Origin: Candidatus Heimdallarchaeota archaeon
Lineage (GTDB): Archaea > Asgardarchaeota > Heimdallarchaeia > JABLTI01
DNA length: 64,000 nucleotides
NCBI GenBank assembly: GCA_018238155.1
Contig: JABCTZ010000003.1
Span: forward strand, 164,289 to 228,288
Reading direction: 5' to 3'
In this document: in pieces, positions 1 through 9,550 of the stretch
How positions within the stretch are numbered: the stretch's first letter is position 1
How the letters are laid out: every line of letters begins with the position of its first letter
The notes under the pieces: generated by a model
Database searches by the model: none
Told to the model about the DNA's origin: nothing
What the model saw: the letters and a program-made list of their open reading frames with translations, nothing else
Translations under genes and position numbers: made by a program

Positions 1-2
1 TT

Positions 3-284
3 ACTGGATATCGTCCAACAATTGAATCCAGAAAGCAGTTGTCACAATTTACTAATGAAATAAAGTCAAGTGTAGATTCTCTCTTTGTGTGTCCTGATTG
101 TAATGATCCTACTTTTGAACTTGTGATTGATGTTGGTAAATCAAGTTTCTTGATGAAATGCAAGTCTTGTTCCCACTCTGAAGGCATTCCACTAATTGAA
201 CCCGAGGATGTCTCATATTCCACAAAAGCTTACTTTTTCAAAACTCTTGGTAAACATAAAACCACACAGGAGGATAACAAATGA
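3..284 (+). CDS. 5'-truncated ORF ending in a Zn-ribbon (CPDC...CKSC)
   Basis: Frame is open from base 3 (TGYRPTIESRKQLSQF...), so the TTG at 39 is probably not the true start; two CxxC pairs; stop overlaps next ATG (ATGA). Confidence 0.6.
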   Translation, partial: TGYRPTIESRKQLSQFTNEIKSSVDSLFVCPDCNDPTFELVIDVGKSSFLMKCKSCSHSEGIPLIEPEDVSYSTKAYFFKTLGKHKTTQEDNK

Positions 285-2068
285 CTACTGTTGGAAATTT
301 AGGTGACGTTTTAACTGAAGTAATTAAATTGAAGAATGTTAAAATTGCTTTAATTGAATGGCTGCCTTTTGATAGGAATCAACTTTCTGCACTCAATATT
401 AAATTAGATAGTTTGCACAGAAGACGAGGACATATTGTAACCGCACTCAAAGATGATTCACCTGAAGAACTAATCTTCAAAGATAGTGGTGTTTCATGCA
501 AAGTTGTGGTAAAAGACTTTCAACCATCAGAATATGTTTCATTCCAAGCATCTCTCAATTTTCCCGAAGATGAAGGCATTGTTCAAAATGAAGAACTCAG
601 TGGAAATATCAATTCTTGGGGACGAGTTGTCTATGGTGCTGATATCGTTGAGGTTGAAAATAGTTCAAATGGTTGGGTTTCTCTTGATGTCCTAACACGT
701 ATCATTGTTGATTTAACCATGGATACTTCACAAATGATAGATTCACTCTTAACTGAATATCAAAGAAATCTTTTAGATTTAGTATTCATGGATGAATCAA
801 GTAAACGTTCAAAGTATCTGTTAATAATGGCAGAAGATATCTCTGTTCGTCCGAGAAATCCTGAAGATTTTTTGGATGGGGAAGATCTACAAAATGAAAT
901 TGAACAAGTTATTGGTGTTTTACACAAAGTTGAGAAAATAGATGATGGCTATATTTTCAGAGGTAATACAGGTCAAATTGCGATTTCCAATCATATCGAT
1001 GATTTTGAAAAACCTTTACTTGAAAGAGGTTTCTCTTCAGCAATTAAATTATTCTTGGATGATTATTCGTCAATCATATGGCATTTGTGGGATGAGTCTC
1101 GATTAATTGAGAAAGATATTGATAAGGCTCTCCTGGGCGATATTACAAGCTTAACTAAAGCTCAAAACTGGATTGCACGTGCGAGTTCGGATGCTATCAT
1201 GTTAGGAGATATTCTTTCGTATCTTAGAGATAGTATTTTTAACTTTGTGGAAGACCTAACCGAAAATGATCCTTCAAAATTAAATGATGATCCTCTTTTG
1301 ATTGAATTAAAGCAAATAATGAATGATTCTCAAATAACTACTAAACGTGTGAATGATACTCAAAAGGTCATCCATGGATTAGAATCAAAAATGACTGCAT
1401 TGCGTGATTTTTCAAATACTTTAGCAGAAAAGCATATGAGAAAGCTTTCAGATTCTATGGCACAAAACACTAAATCTCTATCTCAAATGACAGAATCTAA
1501 TAATCGTGCAAGTGATGCTCTAAGTATCATAGAGTTAATACTTGCCGGTTCTGTGATTATTGATATTGTATTGGTGTTAGTAGGCGAATATGCAATTCCT
1601 GACTGGACGTGGCTAGGTCAACTTTTCAGTTCTGGGGTTGGCAATCTCCTCATTATGCTCATTACAGTCTCTCTTTGGATTGGTGTTTTTGTTTTCCTTC
1701 GACTAAGCAAGCGAAAGCTTGAAAGCACTGCAGTAAAACGTCAGCTTAGTACAAATGTTATTGGCAGACGTTGTAACGTTGCTGCTCTTGAACTATTTAT
1801 AGAAGAACGAAACATCACCTTAAAGAGTACAGATAGAGAAGGAGACTCTCGCATTGTAACTGTAACATGCGAACCTCCTTCTAAAAAAGATCAACCAGAT
1901 TTAGATTACATAACATTACTATACGATGCAAGTGAACACTTTTTGATTCAAATGGATTTCGAAACTCCAGATATGTCTTTAGATCTTGATCAATGTTATA
2001 ATCACATCCTCAAAGAAATGGAAAAAGCTGGAATATTCAATGATTTGAATTTTGAGAAAAGTTGTTAA
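281..2068 (+). CDS. Hypothetical membrane protein (helical stalk plus 2 TM helices, loosely CorA-like architecture)
   Basis: 595-aa ORF, GGAGG RBS, long amphipathic helix then two hydrophobic segments; no GMN motif. Confidence 0.55.
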   Translation: MTTVGNLGDVLTEVIKLKNVKIALIEWLPFDRNQLSALNIKLDSLHRRRGHIVTALKDDSPEELIFKDSGVSCKVVVKDFQPSEYVSFQASLNFPEDEGIVQNEELSGNINSWGRVVYGADIVEVENSSNGWVSLDVLTRIIVDLTMDTSQMIDSLLTEYQRNLLDLVFMDESSKRSKYLLIMAEDISVRPRNPEDFLDGEDLQNEIEQVIGVLHKVEKIDDGYIFRGNTGQIAISNHIDDFEKPLLERGFSSAIKLFLDDYSSIIWHLWDESRLIEKDIDKALLGDITSLTKAQNWIARASSDAIMLGDILSYLRDSIFNFVEDLTENDPSKLNDDPLLIELKQIMNDSQITTKRVNDTQKVIHGLESKMTALRDFSNTLAEKHMRKLSDSMAQNTKSLSQMTESNNRASDALSIIELILAGSVIIDIVLVLVGEYAIPDWTWLGQLFSSGVGNLLIMLITVSLWIGVFVFLRLSKRKLESTAVKRQLSTNVIGRRCNVAALELFIEERNITLKSTDREGDSRIVTVTCEPPSKKDQPDLDYITLLYDASEHFLIQMDFETPDMSLDLDQCYNHILKEMEKAGIFNDLNFEKSC

Positions 2069-2111
2069 AATTGGGTTCAGAACAAAAAATTCTATCCCAA
2101 CTTTAATTATT

Positions 2112-3173
2112 TTATTTTTTCCCACCAAAGAATGCATCTAATGTAGGTTGTTTTTTCTGCTCATCAAGAATTTTAAACGTCTTTTCTAGAGCATTTCTCA
2201 CTCGAGTTTCAGAAAAACCTCGCTCACCTGAAAGGAAATCAACAATTTTCTCTACATTTGGTGATTCCCACTTCAAAGAATAATCCGTAATAGTTGGAGG
2301 GTCAAGAAATATGCTTCTAATTCTTTCAATGTCAAAATCGATATTGGCATCAGCCATTTTGGGTAGATCCAGAACACGCTCAATTTTCTTATGTTCTTTG
2401 ATAAGCTTAACTGCTGTTTTTGGTCCAATACCTGAAACTCCAATGCCATCTGGATTGAAATCCGTTCCAAGCAAAATTGCAATATCAATTAATTCCTCTC
2501 GAGTTAGCTCTATTGCTTTCAAAGAAGCGTCAAGGTCGATTAATTCAGGTTTAACTTCAACATAGATATTTTTTCTTGGAAGTTTTCTCTTACCAGAAAT
2601 AGTAAGATTCCTTACTAAGCGTGGTGTGCCAAAAAGAAGACTATCATAATCTTGAGAGCAACTAGCCCAAACATCTCCTCTTTTAGCCATCATTGCTGCT
2701 TGACCTTCTCCTTCTGATAGTGCTTGAATAACAGGAATTCCCATCAACTCGAGCAATCTTTTTGCATCACTTATCATTGGAGATGTTAAACGGGCAGTTC
2801 TTTGGGCATAACGCTGAGCTAATTCCATATCACCTTTTTCAAGCGCTTCCTGATAGGCAACATCTGCTTCCTTCTTTACTTTTTTGCGTTTCATAATCTC
2901 TTTTGTTTTCTCTTCTGGAGGTTTTCCATCAAAAATAAATACAACTTCAATTCCACTTTCAAGAGAACGTGTGACCCTATAGAGAAGCCCTGATAAATGA
3001 CTTGTAACATTCCCATGTGCATCCGTCAATAGACTTCCATCAGATTGTCGGATTCGAGTCAAAAATTGATATAAAATATTATTCCCATCAAAAGCAATAG
3101 CTTTGTCATGGAAGAAATCAAAATTTACTTCTTCACGATCTGGAAATAAGTCACCTAATTTTGTAACACCCAT
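2112..3173 (-). CDS. fen: Flap endonuclease 1
   Basis: MGV start, DGNN..YQF, TSHLSG, FDGKPP, EGEGQAA, SQDYD, GTDFN, GIGPK, C-terminal PIP box QPTLDAFF. Confidence 0.97.
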   Translation of the reverse strand: MGVTKLGDLFPDREEVNFDFFHDKAIAFDGNNILYQFLTRIRQSDGSLLTDAHGNVTSHLSGLLYRVTRSLESGIEVVFIFDGKPPEEKTKEIMKRKKVKKEADVAYQEALEKGDMELAQRYAQRTARLTSPMISDAKRLLELMGIPVIQALSEGEGQAAMMAKRGDVWASCSQDYDSLLFGTPRLVRNLTISGKRKLPRKNIYVEVKPELIDLDASLKAIELTREELIDIAILLGTDFNPDGIGVSGIGPKTAVKLIKEHKKIERVLDLPKMADANIDFDIERIRSIFLDPPTITDYSLKWESPNVEKIVDFLSGERGFSETRVRNALEKTFKILDEQKKQPTLDAFFGGKK

Positions 3174-3286
3174 GATTATATCCTCAAAATAACACTCATT
3201 AAAATACTTATTATACTACTAATTCTATAGGAGTTCTGAATCAGAAAGTCATATATAAGCATTATTTATTATCGAGTTGACAAAGA

Positions 3287-3622
3287 ATGCCTGAAAACCG
3301 AATTACCAATTATAACAAGCTCGTACGAGACAAGATTCCCGCAATTATAAACAACGATGGAAAAACCTTTGAGTTACAGTTTGTTAATACTGATGATGCT
3401 TTTCTTTCTTTACTTGGTGAAAAATTAGTCGAAGAATCTCAGGAATTTGTCGAAAGTAAAGATCTCACTGAATTAGCTGATATCTTAGAAGTGATGTTAA
3501 CTATTCTCCATCTAAAAAAAATCTCTTTCTCTAAATTGGAGAAAATTCGCCTAGATAAACGAGAAAATCATGGTGGATTTGATAAAAGAATTGTTTTACT
3601 TTCTACAACTGAATCCATTTAA
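3287..3622 (+). CDS. MazG-like/PRA-PH nucleoside triphosphate pyrophosphohydrolase
   Basis: YNKLVRDKIP, KLVEE..EF, ELADILEV, KR...GGF motifs. Confidence 0.85.
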   Translation: MPENRITNYNKLVRDKIPAIINNDGKTFELQFVNTDDAFLSLLGEKLVEESQEFVESKDLTELADILEVMLTILHLKKISFSKLEKIRLDKRENHGGFDKRIVLLSTTESI

Positions 3623-3753
3623 TGATCAAATAAAAGGAATACTTTTGGTTAACTCTCCTTAGAGAGTCCTCTTTTTACAGCTATGCTTCTTGAACTAAGA
3701 ATCTAATTTCACTTGAATGAACTGAGAGAAATTAAATGCTGCCGGATTATACT

Positions 3754-4113
3754 TTACAGTATTTTTCCTTCAATTGCATTTGATGTTTCTTTTAGATCAA
3801 GGAGGAATTTCTTCAAATGGTTATCAACCTTTGTGCGAAATTCAGACCAACTCTCATCCTCATTTCGATGAAGATCTTCCCAAGTGAATGCATAATGATT
3901 CACATGTGGTCTTTGACTATGAGCGACTTGATATATTCTTACATTGACAGCCTTCAATTGTCTTGGATCATTCGTAAAACAATCCGCGAAAAATTCAACT
4001 GTAAAGGTGATAAATTGACTCGTCTTGATCTCTCTGTAGAATTCTTCTCTACCGTCATTTATTTTCTTTATATTTGTATTGAATTTCAATGGCATTTCAA
4101 CTATAGTTGTCAT
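3754..4113 (-). CDS. Hypothetical protein
   Basis: 119-aa ORF preceded by AGGTGA RBS. Confidence 0.6.
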   Translation of the reverse strand: MTTIVEMPLKFNTNIKKINDGREEFYREIKTSQFITFTVEFFADCFTNDPRQLKAVNVRIYQVAHSQRPHVNHYAFTWEDLHRNEDESWSEFRTKVDNHLKKFLLDLKETSNAIEGKIL

Positions 4114-4373
4114 ACCTTTTCACCTGCTACCATGTCTCATTATAGACTACACCCACTCCCCTTCATTTCCACTGGAACTCCGAGGGGCTAACTATCGCTT
4201 GGGTTACCTAAGACTATATATGGACAATATACTATTATCGATACTCATCTATAAGTATTTTGGTTTATCTATACAACTAATGTACTATCTATATATTACA
4301 CTGATAATATATACTTTTAAATAGAAACTTGTTCTTTATAGTAACTACAAGAATAAATCTGTCTGTGAAAAAA

Positions 4374-4682
4374 ATGATTACAATTCAAGAAACCCAAAAT
4401 AAATTGGTAGATTTAATTAATTCTAGATTATCAGTAAGACAAATAGCAACACCAGGAGTACAAGGTCCAATGCGAATGCTAGGAGAAAAAATGCTTAATA
4501 TGTTCGCCGGACAAATGATCTCTGATTCAATGATGGCTGAACAAAAAGAAGACATTAAGGATGAATTACTAGAAAATGTAATGAGTTCTCTCGCCCTCGC
4601 AGGATTGCTCGGAATTGATCTTCAACAAGAATTGTCAGATGCAATATCCTTACTCGAACAAGTCACCGCTGAAGGTTCATGA
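4374..4682 (+). CDS. Hypothetical protein, weak MazG-like helical fold
   Basis: Likely ATG at 4374; DELLENV..LALAGLLGIDL resembles the MazG C-terminal helix pair. Confidence 0.5.
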   Translation: MITIQETQNKLVDLINSRLSVRQIATPGVQGPMRMLGEKMLNMFAGQMISDSMMAEQKEDIKDELLENVMSSLALAGLLGIDLQQELSDAISLLEQVTAEGS

Positions 4683-4893
4683 ACTCTTAATCATTTTTCA
4701 TGATTATAAGAGTTCTAATATTTCATTATTCCCGAAAAACAGAGGCTATGTTTTAATCATTTCGTAAATGTTTTTTGTGCTTTAACTCTATTTTTGGCTC
4801 GAATTTTGCAAGGAAAAAACTTTTAGAAAGAAGCTTACTTTTAAAGTAATGTACCTATTATGAGTTAATAGCTTACTTTATGAGGTTAATTTA

Positions 4894-6390
4894 ATGGCTG
4901 ATAACATCACAGTACCGATTAGGATGCTCGTTTTTTCATCTCCTGATTGTTATGCTTGTCCAGAAGTAGAACGGATTGTCCACAAACTTGTAGGTTCAAG
5001 TATGGCTGATATTTGTCATGTTAGTACAATAGATGTTGTTCGTGAGCCAAAAACTGCAGAAAGGTACAACGTCAGAATGCTCCCTACAATAATGATTGAC
5101 GATGAAATAGTTTTACAAGGTTTAGTAGGCGAAAGTGATATTAGAGATGTTTTGTGGGAGCGAGTTATCAGCTCGATTATTAAACGAGAGAAAACTTTTG
5201 ATGTTCGAAAAGAATCTTTGTTATATATTAGTAAAAACAGTTTTGATTCAATAATGAATGAGGAATTCATTCGTCCCTACATTGGTGATTATATCCATGT
5301 TGGTGTAATGCAACAAATGATCGTTTCATTGGTTGCTCTTGATAAATTGGTTCCAAATTTACTCTACCAATCGGGACGAGAAGTTGGTCTGTATGGCGTT
5401 GGAACTTATCTTATGATTACTCTTAATCCAAATATTGGCACTGAGTTTCGAGCTAAAGAGCGATTTGAAGAAGTCTTAGATGGTCTAGTAAAATATTTCT
5501 CTGATAATGAATCAATAAATATTCCAATGAAATTAGCAGAATCTGCTGAGGTTGTTAACATTGATTCTGATTCAGCTACGATGAGAATTATGGGGTTGGC
5601 TAGTGCCTCGGGTTCTCCTTTTGTCGGTGAACCTTTATGTCACTTTTCTGCGGGTGAAATAGCTGGCCTAACTGAGGTCTTAACAGGTCGGAATTGTGTT
5701 GTTCATGAGGTAAAGTGTGTTGGTACAGGTCATGAATATTGTGAGTTTGAAATCACTGTTTCAGATGAACCGATAAGCAGAAATCTGTCGGATAATCAAG
5801 AAGAAGAATATATAGTTGAAGATCGCAGTCAACATTTCCAAGGTATCTTGCATGATATTTCAACTCGTTTACATGAGTCATTTATTAGCCCAAAAGATGT
5901 TTTTAATAGAGGTAATATTGGTAATGAAGTTCATTTTACAAAACTTCAACAAGCAATTGTAACATTGAAATTAACTGATCCATATTGTGGAGCCCTACTT
6001 TACGCAGCAGGAAGAGAATTAGGTATTTTTGGTCCCGGTCGTGATATCCTACAAAGATATCTTGAGGACGAAAATTACACCTGGCCTCTGAATTTGCAAC
6101 AAGCATTATATATTTTGAATAAATTCTTTCATTTTGGAATGATACAAGCAGCAAAAGAAAGAGCTGACGTTAAAATTATTGAAGATGGCGATCAATTAAA
6201 AATTAGAATAGATGAATGTGCAATATCCTCAGGAGCAACTGATTCTGGGGTTTCATTCTGTGATTTCATGGCAGGATATATTGCAGGACGAATAACTATC
6301 ATAACAAATAGAGATTGTGTTGTTACTGAAACTCATTGTCATGGATTAGGCGATAAATACTGTGAATTTGGGATCTCGTTTGTAGATTGA
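4894..6390 (+). CDS. Thioredoxin-like domain fused to two V4R domains
   Basis: N-terminal CYAC and LPT cis-Pro; CHFSAG..AG...EVKC..G...CEF and CDFMAG.IAG...ETHC...G...CEF. Confidence 0.85.
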   Translation: MADNITVPIRMLVFSSPDCYACPEVERIVHKLVGSSMADICHVSTIDVVREPKTAERYNVRMLPTIMIDDEIVLQGLVGESDIRDVLWERVISSIIKREKTFDVRKESLLYISKNSFDSIMNEEFIRPYIGDYIHVGVMQQMIVSLVALDKLVPNLLYQSGREVGLYGVGTYLMITLNPNIGTEFRAKERFEEVLDGLVKYFSDNESINIPMKLAESAEVVNIDSDSATMRIMGLASASGSPFVGEPLCHFSAGEIAGLTEVLTGRNCVVHEVKCVGTGHEYCEFEITVSDEPISRNLSDNQEEEYIVEDRSQHFQGILHDISTRLHESFISPKDVFNRGNIGNEVHFTKLQQAIVTLKLTDPYCGALLYAAGRELGIFGPGRDILQRYLEDENYTWPLNLQQALYILNKFFHFGMIQAAKERADVKIIEDGDQLKIRIDECAISSGATDSGVSFCDFMAGYIAGRITIITNRDCVVTETHCHGLGDKYCEFGISFVD

Positions 6391-6397
6391 AAAACTA

Positions 6398-6895
6398 TTG
6401 GAGAAGTTTATTATTAGCAAATCAAAATCGGAAAAAACAAAAGTGAAAGTTGGAGATTCCGCTCCTTTATTTTCTCTCGCCGATAGTTCTGGAAAGGAAG
6501 TCAAATTAAAAGATTATCTTGGAAAGAAATCAATAGTACTTTATTTTTATCCCAAAGATTACACACGAGGATGCACTACTGAAGCTTGTTCTTTCCGTGA
6601 CAGATATGAGTTATTCTTAAAAGCTGGTGCAGAAGTAATTGGTATTAGTGGTGATAGCTCAGAATCACATGCGAATTTTGCTGTAACATATAAACTTCCA
6701 TTTGTTTTGTTAAGTGATGTAAAAAACAAAGTAAGAAAACTCTATAATGTAGGCTCAACTTTTGGTATTATTCCTGGAAGAGTTACTTATATCCTTGATA
6801 AAAGAGGAATCATTCAACATATTTTCTCTTCACAAATCAATCCCAAAAAGCATATTGATGAAGCATTGCGCATATTGGACGAAATGAAGGAATAG
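6398..6895 (+). CDS. bcp: Peroxiredoxin BCP/PrxQ
   Basis: FYPKDYTRGCTTEAC motif. Confidence 0.93.
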   Translation: MEKFIISKSKSEKTKVKVGDSAPLFSLADSSGKEVKLKDYLGKKSIVLYFYPKDYTRGCTTEACSFRDRYELFLKAGAEVIGISGDSSESHANFAVTYKLPFVLLSDVKNKVRKLYNVGSTFGIIPGRVTYILDKRGIIQHIFSSQINPKKHIDEALRILDEMKE

Positions 6896-7020
6896 ATTTT
6901 ATGGTCAAAGGTTCAGAAATTTAAACTATACCTATGTCAACAATTAAAACTGAAAAACAACATTTAAATTATATAATATCTCTTCTAGAAGAAATAATAA
7001 TCGAAGGATGTCCAAGTACA

Positions 7021-7653
7021 ATGTTTGCAAAAAGATCTGAAGCTCTACTATTAATTTCAGCAACACTTGCGATTATTCCTATGTTCTTTATTCCGAAATC
7101 CTTGTTTGTATTAATTCCATTTGTGTTTTTCGTAATTGTGACTGGCTTTCTAATGTATTTTTTCCGCGATCCAGAGAGAATATCTCCAGAAGAGGAAGGA
7201 ATAATTGTTTCTCCCGCTGAAGGAAAAATACGCGAAATAGTTAAAGAAGACGATGGGTCAACACGAATTCAAATTGAATTATCTGTGTTTAATGTTCATG
7301 TGAATCGTGCTCCAATTGATTGCAAAATTACTGCTATTACAAGAGAAAAAGGAGCTCATTGGCCTGTATGGTTTAAAGGAAATTTTGCAACTCAAAATGC
7401 ACGACAGCACTTCGATCTTGAGACAAATGAAGGGTTCTCTTTTAGAATAACACAAATTTCAGGTATTTTTGCTTGGAGATGTGTAAGTTATGTTGATGCT
7501 GGTGAGACGGTAAAGCAAAATGATAAAATTGGCATTATTCGTTTTGGTTCTGCTGCAAATGTTATTTTGCCAAAAGATTGTGGATATGAATCTTCAGTGG
7601 AAATAGGAGATACCATTAGAGCTGGTGAAACTATTATCGCCCGAAGAAAGTGA
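7021..7653 (+). CDS. psd: Phosphatidyl/archaetidylserine decarboxylase proenzyme
   Basis: FFRDPER, SPAEG, NVHVNRAP, IRFGS self-cleavage site; ORF open from 6934, likely ATG 7021. Confidence 0.92.
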   Translation: MFAKRSEALLLISATLAIIPMFFIPKSLFVLIPFVFFVIVTGFLMYFFRDPERISPEEEGIIVSPAEGKIREIVKEDDGSTRIQIELSVFNVHVNRAPIDCKITAITREKGAHWPVWFKGNFATQNARQHFDLETNEGFSFRITQISGIFAWRCVSYVDAGETVKQNDKIGIIRFGSAANVILPKDCGYESSVEIGDTIRAGETIIARRK

Positions 7654-7659
7654 TTTAAT

Positions 7660-8538
7660 ATGGATGCTTCTGAAAACTCCAAGAATTCAGATGAAACTGA
7701 AATCAGTGAGGATGTTCAGGACAGCAAATTAAAAATTCCCGAATTTTCAAAACCTGTTCGGATGTTTTTTGCATTCTTAGCAAATCTAATTACAACACTT
7801 AATTTCGCTAGTGGAGTGATAGCAATAATTTTGGTAGTAATAGACCCTAGAAATCCTGTATATGTTCTCTGGGCTTCAAAATTAATTCTATTAGCGATTA
7901 TTTTTGATTTCTCAGATGGGATACCTGCAAGATTAGCAAAGAAAGAACCGGGATTTTTTGGTATAGTAGTAGATTCCGTAGCCGATACAGTTTCGTTTGG
8001 TTTAGCTCCTGCAGTAATGTTATCATTGAGTTTACCACTTATAGGATCTGAAAGTACTGCTCATTTTGTCTTAGCAATCTTATCTGTTGTGGTAGGTGTT
8101 TATTTCGGTTTTTGCACAATATTCAGACTAGTTCGTTTTACGAAATCACCCAGCAAGAAATGGTTTAAAGGAATTCCTGCACCTGGTGCGGGATGTATTG
8201 CTGCCAGTTATTTTATCATCAAACTATATATTGAGGAAATGATTCCTTCTACATCGATAGTGGTTCCAATTGTAGGTCTTTTATTAATGATTTTTACTAG
8301 TTCTATGATGATAGTGAATTTCAAATACCCTACAACAAAATTGCGAAAAAACTTTTTAGAAATTTTTCTACTAGGATTAACAGCTATAACGATTGTCGCA
8401 ATGGCAATATTACCTTTGAATTACATAATCTATCCAGCAGGATTGTTGGCTGCTTTAACTTCATTATATGTTTTCTATGGACCATTCTATTTGCTGGGTC
8501 ATATGTTAGATCGAGCAAAAGAAGTAGACAATAAATAG
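7660..8538 (+). CDS. pssA: CDP-alcohol phosphatidyltransferase (phosphatidyl/archaetidylserine synthase)
   Basis: ANLIT, DFSDG..AR..G..VDSVAD.VSFG.APA, RL.RF, F.GIP.P; adjacent to psd. Confidence 0.88.
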   Translation: MDASENSKNSDETEISEDVQDSKLKIPEFSKPVRMFFAFLANLITTLNFASGVIAIILVVIDPRNPVYVLWASKLILLAIIFDFSDGIPARLAKKEPGFFGIVVDSVADTVSFGLAPAVMLSLSLPLIGSESTAHFVLAILSVVVGVYFGFCTIFRLVRFTKSPSKKWFKGIPAPGAGCIAASYFIIKLYIEEMIPSTSIVVPIVGLLLMIFTSSMMIVNFKYPTTKLRKNFLEIFLLGLTAITIVAMAILPLNYIIYPAGLLAALTSLYVFYGPFYLLGHMLDRAKEVDNK

Positions 8539-8651
8539 AATCTGTTTTTCTCTTCTTTTTCAAGAAAAAATTATCTTTGCACAATAACAAAACTTTACAA
8601 ATGAGTGTGTTTAAGTTTATAAAAGAAAAACAATGTTCAGAGGAAAAAAGA

Positions 8652-9425
8652 ATGGATTTTCAACGTATACCTACAAGTTCACCATTAGATGATTTAAGAA
8701 AAATAAAGCTTCTCGCAACTGGCATTCCCGGATTTGATGTTAGCATAGGTGGAGGTGTTCCTGATGGGTCCCTAATTCTATTGTTAGGTGAACCTGGTTC
8801 GGGTTTTGATATTTTTGCATTACAAATGCTTCATGAACAAGCTAAACTAGGCAAGAAAATCTATTATGTTTCTGTAGATAAACCTCCTTCAGAGGTTGAA
8901 TTAGAGATGCTAACTTTTGGCTGGAATATTGATACTTACAAATCAATTGGTTCTTGGTCTTACATCGATGCATATGGAGCTAAATATGCCACTCCAGGTG
9001 AGGATTCTTCTCCAGTAATTTCTTGGGACAAAGGACTGTTAAATCTTTTGAGAACTAAATTCGTTAGTTTAGTAAGTAAATCAACTCAATCATTTACTAT
9101 TATTGATACTCTCTCACATTTACTACTTGATTATGATGAAGAACAAGTAAGAGATTTAATTGAAAACTTCATCAATAATGTTGTTCGAAAAGTAGGTGGA
9201 GTGCACTTGTTGTTGATGGTAAAAGGAATGCATGATTTGAAAACTGAAACGTTATTTTCGCATTTAGCTGATGGAGTAATTGATTTCTATTTACGGGAAA
9301 GATCAGAACAGCTTCAACGAACATTTCGAGTAAGAAAAATGCGAAAAGCAATTTATGATACAAGATTATATCCAATTAATCTCGAAGAAGACGGCTTGCA
9401 GATTGAAACAGCTAGAAGAATATAA
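8652..9425 (+). CDS. KaiC/RAD55-family RecA-superfamily ATPase with degenerate Walker A
   Basis: TGIPGFD...GG.P, GEPGSGFD, IIDTLS, ADGVI, RVRKMR. Confidence 0.85.
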   Translation: MDFQRIPTSSPLDDLRKIKLLATGIPGFDVSIGGGVPDGSLILLLGEPGSGFDIFALQMLHEQAKLGKKIYYVSVDKPPSEVELEMLTFGWNIDTYKSIGSWSYIDAYGAKYATPGEDSSPVISWDKGLLNLLRTKFVSLVSKSTQSFTIIDTLSHLLLDYDEEQVRDLIENFINNVVRKVGGVHLLLMVKGMHDLKTETLFSHLADGVIDFYLRERSEQLQRTFRVRKMRKAIYDTRLYPINLEEDGLQIETARRI

Positions 9426-9550
9426 TTTCACTTTTCTAGCTCAACTCGTTTTTACTATTTTTATTTTTGATAAAGGTAATAGTGAAGCTTTTATTCTTGA
9501 AATACGACAAAGGATTAGAGAAAAATTGCTAGTTTATCTCTGTCTTTCAA

